Part shown: positions 58,096-64,000 of the stretch, piece after piece | How positions within the stretch are numbered: position 1 is the first letter of the stretch | How the letters are laid out: every line of letters starts with the position of its first letter | Source: a virus | Length of the DNA: 64,000 nt | Strand: one strand, 5' to 3' | IMG/VR virus record: IMGVR_UViG_3300025132_008118 | Program-made: the position numbers and the translations under genes | The notes under the pieces: model-generated | Seen by the model: the letters and a program-made list of their open reading frames with translations, nothing else | What the model was told of the DNA's origin: nothing | The model's database searches: none

Positions 58096-58126
58096 AAGAG
58101 CTGATTCCGGAGTCAGCTCTTTTTTT
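58096..58126 (+). terminator. Intrinsic terminator after the YRG peptide gene
   Basis: AAGAGCTGA-TTCCGGAG-TCAGCTCTT followed by a T-run. Confidence 0.85.
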
Positions 58127-58130
58127 GTGC

Positions 58131-58162
58131 AAAAAAAAGGCGTAGCATATGCTACACCTTTT
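58131..58162 (-). terminator. Intrinsic terminator after the porin-like gene
   Basis: AAAAGGTGTAGC-ATAT-GCTACGCCTTTTTTTT on the minus strand. Confidence 0.8.
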
Positions 58163-58180
58163 AAATTATATTAGTTTAAT

Positions 58181-58924
58181 TTAAAAACTAAATGCTAAAC
58201 CAGCTGTAACTGATACATCAAAATCACCATCGGTACCTTCTGATGAAAGATCATTTACAATACCTAGATTATTCTTAAGAGCATTAACTTGAACAAAAAC
58301 TGGTAAGTCATTTGCTAAAGTATCAAATCTTACATAACCGTGTGTGTACTCAAGTTCATCATCGAGTCCAAATGATTGACCGTATTCAGCCCCTACAGTA
58401 ACGTCTACTGCATCACCTACTACAAAAGTCTTTGATACAACAAATGCAGGGGTAACAATCTTGCTATCATATTCTGAACCAACTTCACTACCATCTTCTA
58501 CAGCAACTGTAATAGATGTATCGAGCGATTCAAACCAGTTTAGGTCATAAGCACCATTCAATTCGAATGTAGTATCAGCACCTTCAATAGTATGCATTAC
58601 TACACGCGTATCGACACCACCAATAAACGTATTAAGATACGTTCCAAGTGAATAGTGCAGCTGATAGTCATCTGAATGAACGTACTCTAAACCTCCGACA
58701 AAAGAAAGACCAGCAAAGTCTCCTGCTTTAGTCGATGCTTTAAAGTAGCCCACATCCTGCGCCCCGTAAAGGCCGCCTGAAATGCGCTTTTCATAGTAAC
58801 CTGTGGTGACATCTACCTTCCAGGTCTTTTCTTGTTCTACTTCTTGAGCTTCTGCTTTACCGCACAATGCAAGATATGCAATGACAGCTACAGCAGCGCC
58901 AATAATAATATATTTCTTTTTCAT
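58181..58924 (-). CDS. Outer-membrane beta-barrel (porin-like) protein with signal peptide
   Basis: MKKKYIIIGAAVAVIAYLALCGKAEA signal; amphipathic strands; C-terminal GLAFSF. Confidence 0.75.
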   Translation of the reverse strand: MKKKYIIIGAAVAVIAYLALCGKAEAQEVEQEKTWKVDVTTGYYEKRISGGLYGAQDVGYFKASTKAGDFAGLSFVGGLEYVHSDDYQLHYSLGTYLNTFIGGVDTRVVMHTIEGADTTFELNGAYDLNWFESLDTSITVAVEDGSEVGSEYDSKIVTPAFVVSKTFVVGDAVDVTVGAEYGQSFGLDDELEYTHGYVRFDTLANDLPVFVQVNALKNNLGIVNDLSSEGTDGDFDVSVTAGLAFSF

Positions 58925-58960
58925 AGCCTTCTATTATAGACTATGTTTATTGTGAATCAA
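58925..58960 (-). promoter_or_regulatory. Sigma70-type promoter TTGATT-N16-TATAAT-N8-ATG
   Basis: On the plus strand: attata 58933-38, aatcaa 58955-60. Confidence 0.55.
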
Positions 58961-59168
58961 CTTCTTTTTCTTGAGTAAATAATTTATCTATAGTTTCAAT
59001 TTTTGAATTAAGATTATCTATAGTTTCAATTTTCTTTTCTATTTCTTCGCCAATATTTGGATGTTCACCAATAGCTACAGGAGATGAAATATACACTTGA
59101 AGATCGGAGATTTCAATATCTCTTTGACCTGTTAATTTTGTTTTAATTGCTTGAATGTAATTTGACAT
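58947..59168 (-). CDS. Hypothetical protein
   Basis: 73 aa, VYISSPVAIGEHPNI motif. Confidence 0.7.
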   Translation of the reverse strand: MSNYIQAIKTKLTGQRDIEISDLQVYISSPVAIGEHPNIGEEIEKKIETIDNLNSKIETIDKLFTQEKEVDSQ

Positions 59169-59182
59169 AAAAATTATTTATA

Positions 59183-60262
59183 TTAAAGATCAAAATCATC
59201 AAATGCTTCTTCATCTATTTCTGTATCTCTTGCACCGATTTTATAAGAACTAATTTCAGTTTCTTGAGGAGCTACTTGCACTTTAGAACTATCTGAGTAA
59301 CCATTTAACCACCCACCAATTGGATTAGTTGTTTGATCAAAGATTTTATCGTAACCTAAAGAACGTAATCTTGTATTAGCTAACCATTCGATATAACCGT
59401 TTAACATTTCTGCATTAAGGCCTAATAAAGAACCATTCGAGAAGAGATATTCAGCCCACTTCTTTTCATTCTCTACTGCTAATCCATACATGTCGTATAT
59501 CTTCTGCTCATTATCTTTTACTACTTGCTGGAATCCTTCATCTTTATTTTCTCTCCAATACTTGATAATATTTTGCGTAATAGCAGCATGTAGGTTTTCA
59601 TCTCTTGCAATTAAACCTATAATTTTAGCATTACCTTCCATCTTACCTTTATAACCAAAGAAGTAAGAACAAGCAAATGATACATAGAAAGCTAAACCTT
59701 CTGTAATCTGAGTAGATAGTACCGCATTAAAGATCTTTTGCTTTATATCATCTTTATCGTCTCCGAGTAATGTGTTATATGCTCCGCTAATTTCAGTAGC
59801 TCTTCTAGTTATTTCTTTATCTTCTAATATAGAGTCAAAAAATGCAGTAGCATCTTTAGCAATATTTTGTAATGTATATGTATATGAATAACTATGAATA
59901 GTTTCAAATCTTGCCCAGCTAGTCATGCATATTTCTAACTCGGGGTTTGATACATAATTTTTAATATTATGAATACTTCTAGAAAGCATACTATCAGTCA
60001 TAGTTTGCCATCTTAAATTACTATTAAAAATAAATCTTTCAGTATCAGTTAAGTTTTCATAATCATTACGATCTTTAGTTAACGACACTTCTTCAGGTAA
60101 CCAATGAAACTCTTCTTGCTTTCTCCATAGATCGAAAAACTTAGGGTATTTAAACCTATCATATCTTTGAAGAGCTAAATCCTCTCCAAGAAACATAGGC
60201 TGTTTCGTAGTATCAACATTTTTAACATTCAGTACAGTATCCATAAATTTATTATCCATCAT
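59183..60262 (-). CDS. nrdB: Ribonucleotide reductase class Ia beta subunit
   Basis: FHWLPEEVSL, ETIHSYSY, TEGLAFYVSF, IARDENLH, VAPQETEISSY. Confidence 0.96.
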   Translation of the reverse strand: MMDNKFMDTVLNVKNVDTTKQPMFLGEDLALQRYDRFKYPKFFDLWRKQEEFHWLPEEVSLTKDRNDYENLTDTERFIFNSNLRWQTMTDSMLSRSIHNIKNYVSNPELEICMTSWARFETIHSYSYTYTLQNIAKDATAFFDSILEDKEITRRATEISGAYNTLLGDDKDDIKQKIFNAVLSTQITEGLAFYVSFACSYFFGYKGKMEGNAKIIGLIARDENLHAAITQNIIKYWRENKDEGFQQVVKDNEQKIYDMYGLAVENEKKWAEYLFSNGSLLGLNAEMLNGYIEWLANTRLRSLGYDKIFDQTTNPIGGWLNGYSDSSKVQVAPQETEISSYKIGARDTEIDEEAFDDFDL

Positions 60263-60482
60263 TTCCTATTGCTTCAACTGGGCAACCTTCCATTGCCTCT
60301 ACACATAATTCTAATTCTACATCATTTTCAGGCTGCTTATATACATATGAATAACCACCATCTTCTTCTCTGGTAAAATTATCCGGAGCAGTTTCCCTAC
60401 ATAGGTCACAATCAATGCATTGTTCGTCGACATAGAAAGCTCCTTCTACGTTTTCTGCCCATTTTTCTTCTTTATCTGCCAT
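60252..60482 (-). CDS. Ferredoxin (4Fe-4S/3Fe-4S type)
   Basis: CIDCDLC...CPVEAI; start revised to MADKEE. Confidence 0.9.
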   Translation of the reverse strand: MADKEEKWAENVEGAFYVDEQCIDCDLCRETAPDNFTREEDGGYSYVYKQPENDVELELCVEAMEGCPVEAIGNDG

Positions 60483-60493
60483 CGTTAATATAT

Positions 60494-62761
60494 TTAGAGT
60501 GCGCAAGCTCCTGATTCACATCCATCTTCAATATTATCTTTCTGTTCCTCTTCATTGAAGCTCTGCTTATCCCCATCATCAGTATTGTTATAGTAACCTG
60601 TTCTCCAGCCTAATTTATATGCTAATAGTATTTCTTTAATAACCTTTGAATCAGGTAATGCTCCGTTATCATAATGAGCATAATTATAATACATATTAGC
60701 ACTGATACTCATATCGATCCATTTCTGTAAAGCGCCTACAATTTTAATCAAACCAGTATTATCTTCCATATCATATGCAAGAGTATACTTATTTTTATAT
60801 GATGTATAGTTTGGTACAATAACAGGTAACGTACGAGCTTTAGATTTCTTATAGGTAATATAAGATCTAATAGGTTCTATACCATTTGTAGAGCACTGAA
60901 TTACCGAAGAGCTCTCGCAGGGCATTATAGCTGATACTGTGCTATGTCTTAGTCCAAACTCTTTTATCCTTGCTCGTAAGCCTTCCCAATCCATACTATT
61001 TTTTCTTGTAACAAATTCATCAATTTCTTTCTTATAGTTATCGATTGGTAACCAACCTTGGCTATACTTTGTCTTATTAAATTTAGGACATCTACCCTTT
61101 TCACTTGATAGGTTACAGGATGAACTTAATAGATAATACTGAACCTTTTCCATCAACTCATCAGCCACATTAGGGGCTTCATCATCTGTATATTTTACAC
61201 CTTGCTTTGCAAGATATGCAGCAAAGTTAGTAATACCAATACCTAATGATCTACGATTTTTGGTAAAGTTTTCAGCAGCAGGTAAAAAGTAATCTTGGTA
61301 ATCAATTAACTGATCTAAAATACGTACAATAATATCGCATACCTTTTCCATTTCTGCATCTGATTGAATCTCTAATACATTAATAGCAGATAAAATACAA
61401 ATACCAATTTCTGCATTCTTATCATCTGGATGCTGTAGAGGCTTAGTAGGATGCAATACTTCAACACACAAGTTAGTCATCTTAATATCATCATCCCAAG
61501 CTGATCTCTGATTGCAATGATCGATATTCATAAAGTATATACGACCGGTCTCAACTCTTTCTTTAATAAACAACGACATTAACTTTCTTGCTTTAACAGT
61601 CTTCTTAAACTTAAGACTCGTCTTACGTTCATATTGCTCATATAACTCATCAAAATTTTCATGACCAAAAGCATCATACAATTCTTTAGCTTCGCAAGGC
61701 GAAAAAAGAGTTATGTCTTCATTCTTTAAAAATCTTTTATAAAATAACTCACTAAATTGAATACAATAATCTAACTTACGTACTCGATTATCGTCCGTAC
61801 CAGAATTATTTTTTAGTACTAACATATCTTCTGCTTCATAATGCCAGAAAGGAAAGTTAACAGTAGCAGACCCTCCACGAATACCATTCTGATGGCATGA
61901 CTTAACTGTCGATTCCATTAACTTAAGAAAAGGTATTACCCCTGTATGAACAACTTCACCATTACGAATAGGGGAGTTAAGAGGACGTATACGTCCCATA
62001 TTTAAACCAATACCATAACGAGATCCTGTAGCATACCCAGCAGCTGTAGATGAGGAGAAGATAGAAGGTAAGGTATCATCTACATCAATTAAACAACAAG
62101 ATGCATATTGTCTTACTTTACTACGTACACCGGCCATTAAAGGGGTCGGTAAATTAATCTTAAACTTGGAAAAATAATCATAAGCTTTCTTCACATAAGA
62201 AATACGAGCTGGTCCTTCATATTGACCAAAACATACCATAGCAATAATCATATATGCAAACTGAGGTGTTTCATAAATCTTAGTTTCAGATCTATCTTGA
62301 ATAAGATACTTATCACATAACTGACGCATACCAGCATACGTAAAATTATTATCTCTTGAATGATCTACATACTCGTCAAGTTTATTTATTTCTGTATCAG
62401 TATACAACATTAAAATATCTTCATCATAAACATCATATTCATGAACGTTTTTATTAATAAAATCTACTAACTTAGGAGGGTTCTTACCACCCCAAACATC
62501 TTTACGTAATTGGTAGGAAAGTAATCTTGACGCGACATACTGATAATTGGGTGATTGTAATGATATTAAATTAACAGCAGAATCAATTAACACGTTATGA
62601 ATTTCACGTGTTGTTATACCTTCTTTCATCTGAAGCTTGGCATTTATTTCAATATCAGAAGCTGTTACACCTTTAATGTCATTAACTGCCCAACCTACAA
62701 CGCGATGTATTCTATCGACGTCAAACGGTACCATTTCGCCAGTTCTCTTTACTATATTCAT
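60494..62761 (-). CDS. nrdA: Ribonucleotide reductase class Ia alpha subunit with ATP cone
   Basis: IVKRTG ATP cone, PTPLMAG, ASCCL, TNLCVEV, NRRSLGIG, MPCESSS. Confidence 0.97.
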   Translation of the reverse strand: MNIVKRTGEMVPFDVDRIHRVVGWAVNDIKGVTASDIEINAKLQMKEGITTREIHNVLIDSAVNLISLQSPNYQYVASRLLSYQLRKDVWGGKNPPKLVDFINKNVHEYDVYDEDILMLYTDTEINKLDEYVDHSRDNNFTYAGMRQLCDKYLIQDRSETKIYETPQFAYMIIAMVCFGQYEGPARISYVKKAYDYFSKFKINLPTPLMAGVRSKVRQYASCCLIDVDDTLPSIFSSSTAAGYATGSRYGIGLNMGRIRPLNSPIRNGEVVHTGVIPFLKLMESTVKSCHQNGIRGGSATVNFPFWHYEAEDMLVLKNNSGTDDNRVRKLDYCIQFSELFYKRFLKNEDITLFSPCEAKELYDAFGHENFDELYEQYERKTSLKFKKTVKARKLMSLFIKERVETGRIYFMNIDHCNQRSAWDDDIKMTNLCVEVLHPTKPLQHPDDKNAEIGICILSAINVLEIQSDAEMEKVCDIIVRILDQLIDYQDYFLPAAENFTKNRRSLGIGITNFAAYLAKQGVKYTDDEAPNVADELMEKVQYYLLSSSCNLSSEKGRCPKFNKTKYSQGWLPIDNYKKEIDEFVTRKNSMDWEGLRARIKEFGLRHSTVSAIMPCESSSVIQCSTNGIEPIRSYITYKKSKARTLPVIVPNYTSYKNKYTLAYDMEDNTGLIKIVGALQKWIDMSISANMYYNYAHYDNGALPDSKVIKEILLAYKLGWRTGYYNNTDDGDKQSFNEEEQKDNIEDGCESGACAL

Positions 62762-62778
62762 ATTCATTATTTAAATTA

Positions 62779-63288
62779 TTATGTTATTATCAACGCTATA
62801 ATAGAACCAAATTTTTGAAAGTCAAACTTACTTTCATCTATATCAAGCATATGTTGTAATATTTTTTTATCTTTTGATACTTTATCGTCTGTTAGATGTC
62901 TAAATTTTTTAAAATCTATAGGATATATACCGCTCTTAAAGTAAGCATAACAATCATTACATGTAAGGTTAAATTCACTTAAAAGATTTTGATAGACCAC
63001 TAAATTAATATCGTATGATTTTTCTTGATCACTTATTGTTTTAATAATACTATCGCCTACATCATTCGGCTTTAAACAAATTCCGTATAATGGTAACATA
63101 TTACTTTTACTTTCAGTTTTATATAACCGGAAGAACTTTTTAGGGTTATACTTTTCGTTTATTTTTAACCGTTTATTGTCGTATTCATTTTTTATAATGA
63201 ACCCTAAAAATATTGACGGTTCTAAAGGAGTTTTATATGAAAACTCTTCTCCCTCTACCGGGGACTCTACTAAAGATACATCTATCAT
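62779..63288 (-). CDS. Hypothetical protein
   Basis: 169-aa ORF. Confidence 0.65.
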   Translation of the reverse strand: MIDVSLVESPVEGEEFSYKTPLEPSIFLGFIIKNEYDNKRLKINEKYNPKKFFRLYKTESKSNMLPLYGICLKPNDVGDSIIKTISDQEKSYDINLVVYQNLLSEFNLTCNDCYAYFKSGIYPIDFKKFRHLTDDKVSKDKKILQHMLDIDESKFDFQKFGSIIALIIT

Positions 63289-63512
63289 TATAGATTTATT
63301 TCTCTTTTTAAAGTAGCACCTTTAAGACTATATACTCTGATCTTATCTTTACCACCGTTATTAGGGTGAATAGTAACAGTAGCGGTATCACCGGTTACCA
63401 CGGGTCCACTATAAGTACAAGAACCTGGTAGTTCAGCTGTATGTTGTATTGAACCGTTTTCAGCATTGAAAATGATTAATTTACTTCCTTCTATTCTTGG
63501 TACTAAATTCAT
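63288..63512 (-). CDS. Hypothetical protein
   Basis: 74 aa; coupled ORFs. Confidence 0.65.
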   Translation of the reverse strand: MNLVPRIEGSKLIIFNAENGSIQHTAELPGSCTYSGPVVTGDTATVTIHPNNGGKDKIRVYSLKGATLKREINL

Positions 63513-63871
63513 ACTTTAATTATATATTTATTTATAAAAGATTCAACTTCGGGATCGGATTTATTATAAGTAAATGAAGATAAATTTTCATTTATTGTTG
63601 GTATCTTTAAACTGCTAGTTTTAAATCTTTCTTCGAGTTGTTCAATAATAGATTGATCAGGGATTTCAATATCATCAGATACATTTAATATATTTCTAAT
63701 TTCTATTACACCATAACCTCTTTTAAAAAGAGTTTTTACATCTCTACTTATGTAGAGTTTTTGCAATGTTTCTACATCTTTATACTCTTCTATTTTCTTT
63801 CTCAAATAGTCACCAGAAAATAAACTTTCTTTATTTGTAACTATACACTTAACCTTTAAGGATTTAACCAT
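63509..63871 (-). CDS. Hypothetical protein
   Basis: 120 aa; promoter TTGAAA-N16-TATAAT-N5-ATG at 63872-63904. Confidence 0.7.
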   Translation of the reverse strand: MVKSLKVKCIVTNKESLFSGDYLRKKIEEYKDVETLQKLYISRDVKTLFKRGYGVIEIRNILNVSDDIEIPDQSIIEQLEERFKTSSLKIPTINENLSSFTYNKSDPEVESFINKYIIKV

Positions 63872-63893
63872 ATCTTATTATAAATATAATTAT

Positions 63894-64000
63894 ATGAATT
63901 TCAATGGTATAGTCAAAGATATATTAGAAGATTTTAAAGCCCCGGTAGATACTAAAAGACCGACCAAAAGATCTAAAGGTAAATATGGTACTGTTAACCC
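63894..64000 (+). CDS. 5' end of a late CDS truncated by the window edge
   Basis: TAAATA-N7-ATG (63881); open frame to the end of the window. Confidence 0.5.
   Translation, partial: MNFNGIVKDILEDFKAPVDTKRPTKRSKGKYGTVN

Noticed and set aside
60494-62761. Introns, inteins or homing endonucleases in nrdA, nrdB or capsid genes
   Set aside because: The ORFs are continuous and of ordinary length, with no HNH, GIY-YIG or intein motifs visible.

Overview
This window is a 64-kb AT-rich segment of a large T4-like myovirus genome. There are no cellular core genes. The left part holds virion genes: two S74-chaperone fibres, gp6, gp25, a gp5-like hub, gp23/22/21, gp4, gp13, gp20 and gp15, in a rearranged order and interrupted by fibre and LRR genes. 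A 7-deazaguanine DNA-modification operon (DpdA/TGT-fold protein, P-loop kinase, QueF) sits beside gp23. The middle (about 30.2-48.4 kb) is a dense leftward array of small early genes plus four tRNAs, and most of these genes have their own GGAAC-N5-TATAAT-N6-ATG promoter. The right part holds a 1602-aa repeat fibre, an operon with guaC, a glycosyltransferase and a sulfotransferase, hsp20, a porin-like gene and nrdA-ferredoxin-nrdB. Main results: (1) a glutamine-I (glnA-motif) riboswitch-like RNA upstream of an unannotated 45-aa YRG peptide gene; (2) a possible pre-replicative guanine-replacement pathway linked by a shared sigma70-type promoter class; (3) three promoter classes that all appear to produce leaderless mRNAs; (4) several markers suggesting a Verrucomicrobiota host. 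All family assignments come from motif recognition by eye; no database searches were run.
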